64,000 nt of DNA from Takakia lepidozioides (taxonomy: Eukaryota > Plantae > Bryophyta), in assembly GCA_030704615.1 (NCBI GenBank), contig CM060732.1:45012001-45076000 (forward strand), written 5' to 3'. The translations under genes and the position numbers were made by a program. The notes beneath the pieces are model-generated. The model did no database searches. It saw nothing but the letters and a program-made list of their open reading frames with translations, and had not been told where the DNA came from. This document shows positions 40,753 through 54,155 of the stretch, piece after piece. The stretch's first letter is position 1, and each line of letters starts with the position of its first letter.

Positions 40753-42621
40753 TTAATTTCTGTGACCCATCCGACCGCTTTCAGAGCCAGCATAAGGATC
40801 TAATGTTACATTAATAACTGCTGGCTTCCGCACCAAGAAAGCTTCTTTGAGGGCAGACTGAAGTTCTTGGGGAGTGCCCACCAGGTACCCTTTCCCACCA
40901 AAGGCCTCCATCACCAAATCATATCGAGCACCTGGTACAAATGAGGTCGGAGCAGGATCATCTTTGAACGGCCCCACTAAATCCTCAGGCCTACGGCGGT
41001 CCCCACCATATACTCCTCCATTATTAAATACGATAACCACCACTGGCAAGTTGTACCTGACCAATGTCTGCAAATCAAACCAATAGAAGAATGTGTCAGA
41101 TGAGTCACTACATACAAAAAGCAATGACCAGACAGATAGATGTCACTCCATTATAATATACAAAAACCTCACTTGGTAAGAGGAACGTACCTCCACTTCC
41201 ATACCACTGAAGCCAAACCCGGAGTCTCCTTCAACAGCAACCACAAGCTTCTCTGGGAACACCACAGCAGCAGCAATGGCATAACCCATCCCAACTCCCA
41301 TAGTACCCCACGTTCCTGCATCTAGTCTTGTCCGAGGCTCAGTTTGCTCCAGCACTGACCTCCCAACATCCATGGTGTTTGCACCCTCAGATACAAGGAT
41401 TGGTGCTGGCGATCCAACAGCCAGAATTGCATCCCGGATGATACGCATTGGAGTCAGGAAATTGAAGGGTACCACATCCTTGTTAAGTGATACAGCCATC
41501 TTCTGGACATTGGTTTGTGCTTTTGCCTTTAGTTTCTGGACCCACGGATGCCCCTGCCCCAGTGCAAATGGATCGTCCTTATACTCTTTGATTATCTGCT
41601 GGACAACCACATTAACATCGCCAACCAATCCTACAGCAGGTTTCCGAAATTCGATCTCATCTTGTGAGATGTCCACAAGTATGAACTTCACATCCTTTGA
41701 CCATCGTGGGGGCTCCCCAAAGTGGAGCAGCCAGTTTAGTCTAGCTCCAACAATCAAGACAATGTCACTCTCTCCTATTGCAAGTGATCGAGCAGCTGCG
41801 ACTGATAGAGGGTGTGAGTCAGGAAGTAAACCCTTCCCCATGGGAGTAGCCAAGAAAGGGATGCCTGCTGTCTCAATCAATCTCTTTAAGGAGCCCTCAG
41901 CATGCCCATATGCTGCCCCTTTTCCAAACACAATCAGGGGCCTTTTGGCATGTCGGAGAAGTGACACTGCCTCACTAATCTCCTCTCTCCCTGCTGCTAG
42001 CCCTGTCACTGGACCCTCCCTAGCCCAAGGGGGAACATATGGCTTCAGATCAGCTAGCAGTTTCTCAGCCTCCTCCTCTGTCACTGTTTCATGTAGAACA
42101 TCTGAGGGCAAGTCTACGTAAGTACCACCTGGTCGGCCACTCACCGCAGCCGCCACGGCCTCTGCCACAACCTTCGGAATCTCTGAAACATTGTGAGCCT
42201 TCCCTGAGTATTTTGAGAAAGGTCTAACCATTTCAATTTGATCAAGCTCCTGGAAATCACCCTTACCTACATCAGCCTGCACACTGGACCCGGAGACCAT
42301 GATGAAGGGCCAGGTATTGATCATAGCGTTACTGAGGCCTGCTAGCCCATGTACGCAGCCAGGGCCTGAAACAGTCAACAGGACTCCAGGTTTTCCAGTC
42401 AAGTAGCCTGCGGCACCAGCTGCATAGCCAGCCGATTGTTCATTGTGGAATGCAATAAACCGAATCCCTTCTCTCACCGCAGATGTCGCAAATGTAGTCA
42501 CAGGGATGCCCACAACCCCAAACATTTTCTCCACACCTGCCCTTGCAAAGGCTCGAGCGGCCAGCAAGTTACCGTCCATTAGATGACCCCCTTGCTTTTC
42601 TTCTGAAGGTGCCTCTGCCAT
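40753..42621 (-). CDS. HACL: 2-hydroxyacyl-CoA lyase / oxalyl-CoA decarboxylase (TPP enzyme); exons 42621-41191 and 41067-40753, ~581 aa
   Basis: MFGVVGIPV, FHNEQSAGYAA, SGPGCVHGLAG, DAGTWGTMGVG, EGDSGFGFSGME...FNNGG TPP motif. One 123-bp GT-AG phase-0 intron; reading frame intact. Confidence 0.95.
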
Positions 42622-45386
42622 CAGGGTTGAAGCACAAACACACATACTATATCACAATTCTGACACTGTAAGAGCATCCCCCGGCCCTTGAGCCCCAAAC
42701 ACTCCCTGTAACGCCAAAGATTCAGCCCCTGTTGGCTTCTGTGGCCTCGCCCTTGAATCGCACACGCTAGGTGTCCCTCTCCTCAATTCCCCTCTGAAAC
42801 TGCTGACACGCGCTATGTGACATGGGCATGGTCACGTTGACTTGGTTTCAGGGGCAGGTTCAGGGCCCATGTAATAAGTATGTCTCTTTCGCTTCTTACG
42901 TGTGGTTTAGGGTTACGTGCGGTTGTTGTATTTCTTTTAAGTCTCTTTCTTGGAGCTTGCCAGTGTCGCACAATGTAGAGGTTAGATCATGCGATGGAGA
43001 ATATTTTGATTGTCTGATGTGTGAGGATCTTAACGGTTGAAGAATAAGTATGCCCTTTGCCAAATTCGCAAAGTCCTCGGAGATATGCGTGCAACAGAGT
43101 GCAGCAGAGTGCAGCAGAGAGCCCGATGAAATATTTGGAGCGCAAAGTACGAGCAGGAAGGGATGAAGATCAAATCGTTTCCCATGTATAGAGGAGCTCG
43201 CTCTTGCATTTGTTTCTTGCATCAAGGTTTCAAATACGGAGATAGGGTTATCATGGATGATGTGGGCCCCTTCCTGAGGAGGGTTTTACGCGGAGGAAAT
43301 AAGAAATAGGCATGCGTGAAGACAGACAACAGTTCAACTTATTCGCAGGAAATGAGAGATAGGCAGGCGCGAAGACAGACAACGGTTCAACTGAGAAGTG
43401 GGGAGCGAGAGGAATAATGAGGAGGAAAGGAAAAGGCCAGAAAATGGACTATGGAGACCTCAGTGGCAGTGAAGGAGAAATCTTGTGCTCCCTTCGTACA
43501 CATATCTTGGTGTTGTGCAGATACAGAAATGGTTCAAACAGTGCAACGCAAAGCTTTGGGTCTCACAATAAATAGATGTAGAGAAATATAGGAGATTGCT
43601 TGAGGTGGAAGTGGCCTAAAGACAACATCCATTTTCTCCAACGTCCAGGGTGTTCTCACTAGAGATTGACCCTTGTCAGGACCCATCATGAAGATAGTCA
43701 CTCCAGCTCTGTTCACCAACTTTCAAAATCTCAAGGCAGAGCCAAAAACCCTGGCTGTATCCGGTCTAATCTCTGGGCAAAAGAGCTGAGAGAGAGAGAG
43801 AGAAAGCAGAATTCTGAAATTGAAAGGGTCGCAAGCAAGTGTGGTGGTGTTCGCTGTCTGGTTGAGTTTAATTTCGGCATCCGTGGGTTTTGTTGCGACA
43901 GTGAAGCGTACCAAGGTACGATTGTACTCAAGTACTTCCTCCCGGTCCCGCAATGTTTAGGAGTTTTTCAGTGCAACCCCTTCTGCTCCATCACCCACAT
44001 TTAGACAAGATGGGCATCCCGCAAGGAGGACCAGTTGTAATTTGTGGGCCCAATGCTGGTGAGATTCATTCTCGTTATTGTTGTTCAAGGACCCAACACC
44101 CTGCAAGCATTCTCATTGTTGACATATCGCACGCCAATCGGCCTGGATTCAGTCCCAGTTGTTCATCACTCACCTTGTTTTTAAGCAATTCCGTGAACAT
44201 CTGCTTTCAGGATTGAGGGTCTGATGTTGGTCCAGTCTGTTAGACTACCCACAGGATCTGTCTTCTGGCATTTAGCGATCCAAGGCTTGATGGCTGTAGC
44301 CTGTGAGGTATGATAGTAAAGCTCGGGCCCAGTCAAGCAATGGCACGGATGCACTAAGTATCAGTCCAGATAGAACAAGACGTTTAAGGCACTTCACACA
44401 AAGCGGTTGTCGAAGGGGGAGCCCAGTCCAATGTTGTGTACTTTACGGTCCAGTGTCGTTTACTTCACGGTGGGGTCAGCTGAATCACATGCCTAACATC
44501 ATATACTCTAAGATGAGGAAGCACTGTGGGTTGCGGATTTGTGCAGGAGCCGTAAGCCTCAAGTGGTGTTTACTGGAAACACAAGATTTGTAGAGAGAAT
44601 GATGGGGCGGAGAGGGGGATGTATGAGGGAGTTGCGTTGGTAGGTGCAGGCTCGACTTGCAAGCTGGTCTTGAGAACTTGGGCAAGGCTGAAAAGTCGGG
44701 GGATGTAAACTTTTACGCCTCACCGTTGTGGATGTGTTGGCTGGTTAGTTTTGTTTACCTGGATCACGTTTCTATTGGAAGCTTAGTTCTGTTGATATCT
44801 TTGTAGTGGACTCAAAGCAGTGTAGTCTGGCTGAGTGTGGCTCAGTCGGATGAGCACTTCTGCCAATCAGCTTACTAGCAGTTAGCTATGCCTTGGGGAG
44901 AGAGGGTTAAGGTTTTCTGTCTCGTTTCACCTATCAAATATGTAGGAGAGGACATCTTGGAGCTGACTCCATTGTGTAAGAATTTTGAGTAGTGTTAAGA
45001 TGGTACGACAGTACTCTTACATGATGTGGAATCTTATACCTGGTCATTGTGATAGTGCTGAGTGGGGCCACTACACTGCTGGTGTGGTAGCTGTCCTGTA
45101 CTGGTGGTTACTGCAATATGGATGACAGCTCTGGTGGTTACTGTGCTTGGGTGGAGGTACTTGCAAGTGAATCTCTTTGGGAGGTGGATATGCTGGTTTA
45201 GTGCAAAAGCTTGTTAAGGAGGGTTTTTGGGATGAAGGACAGGCTCTTGGATAACAACCACTTGACAGGGAAAGTTCTAGAGGTAGTCGATTGGAGTGCA
45301 TGTTATGGTGGCTTCATCTAGATTTGTCATCGATTACATGTCTAGCTACATATTAAACAGCAAAATTTTGCCATATGCAAGTTTGG

Positions 45387-45542
45387 GAGCTCATTGAAAA
45401 AGAAAAGATTTTGCTTGGGTGCACAGCGATTGAAGACAAACTGCAAGATGGAGTCCCCAGCTGAATAGTCCTGAATACTTTCCAGGCTGGTTATGTACCA
45501 AGTTGAGTATTTATAGGAGATTGCCATTAATATTGCCTACGG
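45387..45542 (+). pseudogene. P4-ATPase (ALA phospholipid flippase) gene fragment
   Basis: [25 protein letters not shown]...IAINIAY with stops and frameshift; isolated. Confidence 0.8.
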
Positions 45543-46334
45543 CATGATAGCCCCCATTAAGTTATCGGCTTCATATAAGCATGTCATGGGAAGGTACATA
45601 AAATAATGTGAAGTCCTGCTTGATTCAATCCTGTCTGTGGGGGAGATGTTCATACACTGAAGCATACACATGAATATTAGGAGTGAGAGAGGGAAATAGG
45701 GCCATTTTTTAAATGAGAAAGTAGGATTGATTGACAGATTGATTGACGAAGGCAGATTGCCGAGTTCGGTTTTGAAAGAATACTGAGAAGGGTTTGTTGG
45801 TGGTTGGTGTGCAGCTTGCAGCTTGTTATAACTCAGATGTGAAGGTGATGTGGGATGTGGAAGATAGTGAGTAGCTGATTTTGAAGTTGGGAGGGGCAGG
45901 CTTGTCATGAAGGAGACGTTTATGATGCAAGGCTTGGTTTCCAAGTAGTGTTGGCTCACATATAACGCGTAAGGTAAGCAGGGAAATAGTTGTGCCACAG
46001 CGGAAGGCTGAATGTGATCATGTGGTGTTGGAACGCTTGGCATGGGTTAAAAGCAGGGCAATGCAAAGAGGTTGTCTAGGGTGGTTTGAGAATTGTCACT
46101 TTCCATCTTGCAGAATCCTGAAAATTGGATCGTATAAAGAGAAGTGACATTTTGCACATCATGTGCGTCGTTTGGGTTATTTGCCATTTCTTTATGTACG
46201 TTGACTTGGTCATTCATTGTTGGTTTAGTGGGATCTATTCTGTCTTTCATTGTTTTTGCAATTCTAATGAGATGATAGTTCTCTTGTATGGCATATTCTT
46301 ATGTGTATGTAATAGTTGGTATTACTGAAAGTAG

Positions 46335-46870
46335 CACTACAAACACCATACTTTTCAAATTCTCCAAATCACACTAACAACCTTTACATCAACCAATATG
46401 AGTGATTGCTCGAGTAATTTTAAGCTCTTCAAAAGTAGTAAATGAGTGCTATAACTTTCAGTTGTTCGGAGGTCCATTTATGAGTAATCATCTACTGATA
46501 GATTCCTATTGGCAGTCGTATAGGGGTTAAAGTTTAGACGTTGGACCAACGGCCTCTAGTAAAGCTTCCTTGAGAGTCCTTACTAGGTATGAGTCATATG
46601 AGCAACTATGATACTGCGACCCGCCCCAATGAGGATATGCCCTGGGTTATGTACAAAGCAATCATTGTGTTCATGGGGAAAAGGACACATGGTATCCCTT
46701 CAATAATATAAAACCAATAAATATTAGGACTGTCCGATTCTACTCATTTCCAGCGTGTCCGATATCACTAGGTCCGATACTAACTAGTCTTTTACGAGTC
46801 AGAGTCGGAGAGTCGATTTTGTCTGTTACGGCTCAAAATGAGTCGTAAACCGAGTCGTAAAAGACAAACA
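46335..46870 (+). mobile_element. Probable CACTA transposon end with subterminal repeats
   Basis: CACTACAAAC at 46335, then many GAGT(C/A/G) and TCCGAT motifs up to ~46865. Partner end and TSD not found. Confidence 0.45.
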
Positions 46871-49359
46871 TCTACTTAGACATTTGGGCACTACAGAGAT
46901 GATCGCAAGAAAATTGAATACTCTGCAGATGATAATAACGTAGAAACTATGAAGGTATGGACTGATCATAGAGACATAATTTCCCATAGCAAAGGTGGAT
47001 CGTACAGATCAAAACTTGAAATGGAATGGCGATGAGAGTATCTAAAGAAGCTGTCAAAGAAATATGGAAAGCTTTGAGGTGATTGAAAAACACGGAAATT
47101 GATGAAGCAATAACCTTTAGACTACAGCATTTGAGGTGTGTACATAGGACAGTGATGCCATTATGCCTTTGTACCAAAAATGGCATGTTTTCCTAATATT
47201 GTCAAGTTTCATATGCAAAATTAATTAATTAGGCTGGCATGTCATGATATAATGTTGGTAGTAAAGCTGATTTATGTCACACTAATACAGTGTCTAGCTG
47301 ATGAATTCCATAGGATCAGCAAGCACGGAAATTTGATCTAGATGTGTGAAACACAGTAAAAATACTTGAAGCTCTTGTTTTCAAATATCACATGTCTTAG
47401 TCATGTCTAGATATTTTGGAAAAAACATAGAGAAGAAGATGGAGGCAGGTTCCATATGTGGATAATCAAGCCCCATGAAGGTCAGATTGGTCAACACGCA
47501 TACCTAGCATACAAACTGAGATGTCTCGTGATTTAAGCAACGTGTAGTTATGGAATTACGCAGCGATATCGGGCTTAGCAAGTAACGTTGGACATAAGAT
47601 ATAGAGCCGAAGCCAAGTAGATAAAATGGACCTTGTCTTCTTTTCTCCTACTAGCTTTACTGACCTAATAATTCCTTGAACATGTGACATATCTTGCAAA
47701 CTTAGAGAAGTATGCATGTTTGAGCTATAGATAGGCCTCACATACTCACCGAGTGGAGCAGACACATAATAATCTTGCTCTTCACCTTTATAGGTCAGTA
47801 CATCATCTTGCTTACATCTGTATACACATGCTTAGTCTTTCATATTAACCTCATATTGACAGGAGATCAGCAACTCCTTCATTCTTCTTGTCAGATGCTA
47901 GTTTCAATCGAGCTCATGGCCGATTCGATGATCCACAATATGTTCTATCTACTAACACCACGTCAATGTAGTAAGCTTAATCCTGACTCGATCAAAATTT
48001 TATTGTTTAAGATACTCATATTATGCTAATATCTAGTTGTGTTATTCATGGTTTGTAAAGTCTGACTTTTAACATACACCTAGACTCAAAACTAAGCCAA
48101 CATTCGACCAATATTTGTGCACTTGTCAAGAATCTCTCTGTGTGGTTGAAGAACACATATCGAGGTTGTGCTATATAATAAGACATTGGACTAGGTGATG
48201 AAAATACGCTATGTGCAATATTTGATAAATTTCTCATCATTTCTTTTTTTGGCACTCTTTCCTTCGTATTCAGTGCTAGTTGTCCTCTTTTTGTTCATCT
48301 CTCCAGAGTTAATGGAAGGCACACAGTAAGTACACCATAGAATCAACACCTCTCCAAGGCTCAAGGTAGAGTTAGGCTGAGAATCTGGGACCTGGAGTAA
48401 TATCATGTATCCATAGACATGTGGCCAAATGAGATAGATCAAGTGTATCTAGTTTCTTTATGTACAAGTTGGTTTGAGCAGAGTCACGGTAAGAATGTAG
48501 GCAAAGAAGGTATCGAAATTTAATATACTCAGTTGGACCATGATGATTGCCTTATATGTTTAAGGTCATGCAGAGAAGTGCCCATCGAATCTTTCAAAAA
48601 GCTGTGAAAATACGAGCTTGGAATACCGCAAGTTACTCATAAGTAACTCACTAATAACTCAGAGGTTTGGTAACAGGAGGTGCAGGAAAGTCGACATTGT
48701 GCCAGGAGTACGAGATTTTTTATCAAAGAGTACATGACATCCACTCTTGGCATACAATACTTGATTCAAACTTATGTGCAATAGAAATGGGACTGCTTCA
48801 ATATTCATTGAGGTGGTCTAAGAGACATTGATTGAGAACCTTGACACTTTTGGCTCAGGTCCCTACTAGAGATATATGGTAGATCTATCAAAGATGATCA
48901 TTTAGTCATAATTACTGGAGCGACATTGCAGGAGAATAGAGATAATGTTCACCTCCGAGTACCCTCCTCGAATACTAACTTGGAAGCAAGCATACAGCCA
49001 TTAGAGAGGCATAGGTACTTCAAAAGTAGTGTTGAATTTTCAGATCATAGTTTTCTCCTGGGCAGACATTGACATTTGATTTTTGACATATAGATCAATG
49101 TGACAGTAATCATAATTGTTAGATTGTCGATACTAGTCAAGATTTCTGAAATTGTCAAATACTTACTTTGGCAAGCATACAAATAGATGCATCGACTTGA
49201 CAACACATTAGACATAAGATAGGTCGAAGTCCTCACTTACTTTTCTTTCTCGATTAATCCATGCTCTCATGCTTAGGTTCTGTTTCTGGATTAGTCCATG
49301 TTTTGTTTCTCTTCATATTCTGGTAACACCATACTATTGTCTCTCTTTCGTTTTAGACT

Positions 49360-49633
49360 GCAGTCTATAACTCCACGGACCACTGGAGCACGATAATCCC
49401 TATTTCAAGGTGCGTGGCCCAAAATCAAAGATCTTGCCCCGCCGTCTTCCATCCCACATGTTTCATTCGAAGACCATTGGCTTGTATTCACTACTTGCCG
49501 ACAACTTAATGACAACATCATCCTAGGTCTACTCTTTTAGGTGTATATATAGGGCCCACTCCCAAAGGGGGCAGGAGCCGCAAGGTGAAGTGGCTCTTAG
49601 TTACGCTGGCCTTGGCCGGAGTCTTCTCTCTCT
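49360..49633 (+). mobile_element. LINE 3' end carrying the same structured 3' cassette and (CT)n tail as the Dualen-like element
   Basis: 49548-49633 aligns with 1805-1896. Upstream sequence does not match 1600-1800 and reads ...SFEDHWLVFTTCRQLNDNIILGLLF*. 5' boundary approximate. Confidence 0.65.
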
Positions 49634-49646
49634 AGGTATATAATAT

Positions 49647-49800
49647 CAGTGTTTATTTTATTGGCGATTTTTGGCCATATGGCCGCCAGAAAATCCCCTT
49701 GGCGAATGAAACAAAGGGAAAAAGACGTCCAAATAAGGGAGTTTTCGCCAAAAACTCGGGGGTCTCAAAAAGGTCCTCGTCTCGCGGACCCAAGGGGCAA
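49647..49800 (+). mobile_element. Possible hAT-type element end
   Basis: CAGTGTTT start followed by TTGGCG/CGCCA subterminal motifs; other end not found. Confidence 0.35.
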
Positions 49801-52800
49801 CACAGATGTCTCCATGGCGGGGCCCATGCAGGATGATCTGACGGGCCAGATGAGGAGTGGATGTAGGGTTGTGGGCCCCCTCCGTTTCCCATGGAGATGA
49901 TCGTCGCCTGTCTTGCCTACGCGTAGATAGAGTATATACCTCATTTGTACCAATTAGCATGTGATTTTCACATAGAAAGAGTTCCATTCACCTATTATGA
50001 CTTTCAACTATTTATGTACTTCGCCTTCTATTGCTCATCAACATCCATTTGATTCGCAGAATATGACAAGAGTGGAAATACATGTAGCCTACCAATTTGA
50101 GGAAAATTACCTAGAGTGGACCACGTGCACTACCCTACACCCAATAATATAGCCACTCGTACCCCTTTTCAAAATCCTTAAAAAAAACCATGTATAATAT
50201 AAACAAGCACATTACTTCCTAAAATAATGAAGGCTTTGGAAGCACATTAATACGAGGTTAGTTTAATGTTACAAGTCTATGGCAGTCTTTCACAACTATG
50301 GACCAAATTTCATACATGATGCTTAAGTCAATTCATCAATCATTTTTTACCAACAGTGTTGGGCAGATTCATCGTACGCCTTAAGACGCACCACGTGTTT
50401 GAAATTAATATAAATTGTTACATAATCCACAAATTTACATCTAGCCACAATGAATGTGGGATCCATTGGAGATTTCGTTTACAAAATTGATCTGATAGTA
50501 TCCACATAGATCCATAAATGGAACACATAAAGAACATGAATAGCAAAACAAACCTCTGCCCTGGGACCACTCAAGATATAAGGTCTTAAGGTCCTTCCAT
50601 GCAAGTGAATTCGCAGAAAGGCGGCAAACAAAAAAAACGGTATGATTAATGTAAGAGCTTAATTAGGCTTGCAACCTGACAGTACGACAGGCTCTTGTTG
50701 AGTTGTCCCCACCCCCTCTTATCTTGGACTCACTAACTCCTTCAATATTTTAGAGTGCAAATGGATGTTGTGTAGCTGAGTACTAGTCTACTGGCAAGCC
50801 CATAGCGGTAGATTTGATTCTTGATGAATGGTGTCACCCCAATCCATGTGGTTTATGTCACCCTGGTGTTTGGTTTAACTTCCTCTTAGTACAATTAATA
50901 CGTAGTCAAATTATGAATATCAAGTGAACAATATTAATACACCGATTGGAGTGACACTCCACTCCTTATCACTCCGGCGTATGGTGTCATCCCGTTCCAT
51001 GTAACTCCAATTTTGTCATTCTTGAGAAGAGGTGGAAGAGGTGGGAAAGATTTGACATGTTAAGAACCAGTGTACCTTGAAAAGGTTGCACTTGTGCATT
51101 GCGTTTTTACATTATTTCTATATAGTTTTAATAAATAACGATTTAAATATATTATACTTATTATTATTATGTAAAAATAAGACTAATGCCTAATTAATCA
51201 GATTAATTTAAATCAATTATATTTTTAAACACCATTTAATTTTTATTTTACAACATACAAACAGTTCGTGCCGGCCCCTCAATGCGTCTTGGCTTACCCT
51301 GGACAAGTTGATGAGCCTGGAACATACATATAACATTCGGGGTTATGTTCAAGCTTTCAAATTTAATGTTGTTTGAAGTCTCGGATACAGAACCAAAAAT
51401 GGTCTTCGACTTTGTGGCGAGATTGGCCCCATTTGAAAATGTGTGGTAGCAATTAAATTGTTTCTTATATTGCAGATCAAATAACCATCAAATCCTCCTA
51501 CAATTCTACATTTGAATTTTAAAATATTAAAATATGAATATATAACAAGCTTGAATGAACATGTTTTGCAACATCTAAATATTAATGTATGATACAACAA
51601 AATTACAGATTCGCTGAATTACTGAAATATTGACTGAAGATTGAAATATTTGTCGTCGAACTATACTTGTTGAAGTACTTGGTTGAAATACTGAAATGCT
51701 GGCTAAAGTACTGAAATACCTACCCTACCAGACCTCAGCCCAAGTGTGCTATTGTACTTGATGATGCACAATATGAGAGCATCCAATGCTCAACATACCT
51801 TGTGATCATCACATTCCAACACACCGCATCTTGGTGCTTTGTATTGTCAAACGCACATTTTACATCGTTGAAGCTCCCTTTATGTTAGTAGATGACAAAG
51901 ACAATCTAAATCTTTGAGCAAACACCACAATCCCACTTACCACACATTAGTTCATATGTTGGAATCATTCCAATGACTCTATTAATGTGTTGGGGACATA
52001 GATAGGATAAAATCTTCCAGAAAAAACTTTGCAAAAGGGTGATGCCGGACCAAGTAGGTCAAATTTGTATGCATTTGGCAACTTTTGAAAAAGGGTAAGA
52101 AAGTTCATGTTGATATTATGCCAAAAGCCGAGAACTAGATGTGGGAAGCAAACATTGAAACAATGCGTGGTCAAAAAATTACAATGCGCAACTGTGACAA
52201 AAACTGAAAAATAACACACATATCTACAAATTGAGTATTGGAGCTATCGATAGGTTCCACAACACCTATCTAGATCATATGGACACACCGACTCCACCAT
52301 AGAATTCGAAAAGCAATAATAGCCTACAATATACAACATAGACAAATACCTGATATATTCCTTGGAGTCAATACCCACACATCTTGATAATGTTGTCAAG
52401 GTATAGCTCACTGACAAATACAAAGTCTTATCAAGTTTTTATTGGCCCTCTTTTAGGAATGACTACGCAACATTGGTACCAAAACCAAGTTTGATCCTAG
52501 TATAGACCACCAATTAATGTTTGCTTCGACAACCTACAACATTAGCCCAATGCTAAGGGCATATGCCACTTCACTATTGGTTGTGCGTAAAGAGATACCA
52601 TGACGTAAACTTGCTTAGGTGATGCGTCCATATATATATATTAATTTATAAGGTATTATGGAGGGTTAAGTTGGTCTTAGAATGTGTGTTTGATCCATGG
52701 CTGCTCAGCCGGATCATGGTGGTTCTCACATACCAATGTGAGATCAATGACAACATACACAATTAGTGCTCATAAGCGGTCCTTTAGGTTGATGGATGGT

Positions 52801-54155
52801 TTAAACCTCATTGGTGATAGGAAAGCCAATGGTTTTTTTGGCACAAGCGCAAAAACGATGTGATGAGGACATGTTCTTTTTCAGAACTACATTTGGCCTA
52901 TTTTTCCTCCTTATCTGAGTCATCTATAGTTTTTCATATTGAATTTTGTAAATCACTTGTCGAAATAAAAAAACAGAGACAACGATAAGCTTTGTAAGGA
53001 ATATTTTCCAAACAAAAATTAATTGTGGATAAAAATGTCAAATTCTTAACACGTTACAGAGAGAAGATACAAAAAGATGCATTCTCCTAAGTCTCCAAAG
53101 CCCTGAGGCATATACATACCATACAACTGTAACGACAAATTTTGTGCTTTGTTGGCTCTGCCCAAGACTCGACGACACAAAGGGTTGTGAGAATTTCACA
53201 CATCAAAGTTAGTATTTGATAGATTGCTTAGTGGACCAAAATTTTAAGGAGCCAATAGGTTCATCGGGATGTTCTCAATACATTGGATAAATAAGAACAA
53301 CCATGCTGGTATATTCTTGGTACATCTTTTAGCTGTTTGTCCGTAAGACTACGTACACCATCTTAGGCCCAACAGATAATTGAAGGAACATATTGTAGGA
53401 CCACCTAGAGTATGCTATAACGAGCACAGTAGGAACAAGGACATATCTCAAGGCATAAAACTAGTCGCAAGGAAGAAAGGTTTTTGTCAAGGCCGGGTTG
53501 CGCATAGAAAGCCACGAGTGACCCAATCTTTGGCTTACGGCCTCCATGCCGGTGATGGATCACATGGAATGAGGCCCTTAGTGCCCACAATTTTGGGGTT
53601 TCAAATGAGGTCAACAAGAAGTCTAGTTGTTGTCCCCATGGTGGCAACCACATAGGACCAACGACGACTTTTAAAACTGTGTCGTCCCATGCCTACACCG
53701 ACATTCTTGTCACGACCCGGCAAGGCAAGATTGTATAGTGACATTGTTGGTATAGTGGTCAAGGTTGCTTTTTGTCAGTGTGCCTAAAATACTTACATAG
53801 ATTTTGTTAGACATAGATTTGTTAGGTCCAGTAGTATAACGTCATAATTATATCCAAACACAATATTAGTTATGAAGTAACTGAACCATCTGACCAGTAC
53901 GCAAAACAACCAGCGTCCACCCAATTGCAACACACAAAAAATTAATATAGAGACAGATAAATCAATATTTTTTTCTTTTTTTCTTTTAAATTATTTTTAA
54001 AAAAAATGATATAAGGAGCTCATCAATCATATTAAAATCAAGGATAAAGTGATTTTTTGGCCATTCTATTACTTTCCTACACGGTATATAAGAGGACTCT
54101 TTCTCTCTCACTTGCTCTCTAATTCTCTCACTTTCTCTTCAAACTCGTTGCCAAC

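Noticed and set aside
41372-42121. 249-aa plus-strand ORF
   Set aside because: Antisense shadow of the HACL exon.
43303-43395. ~57-bp tandem duplication (similar small ones at ~61043-61103 and ~45085-45150)
   Set aside because: Two-copy local slippage with no further structure.
46900-53900. Degenerate transposase or retroelement coding remnants
   Set aside because: Probably old TE debris, but I could not identify diagnostic motifs in any frame.
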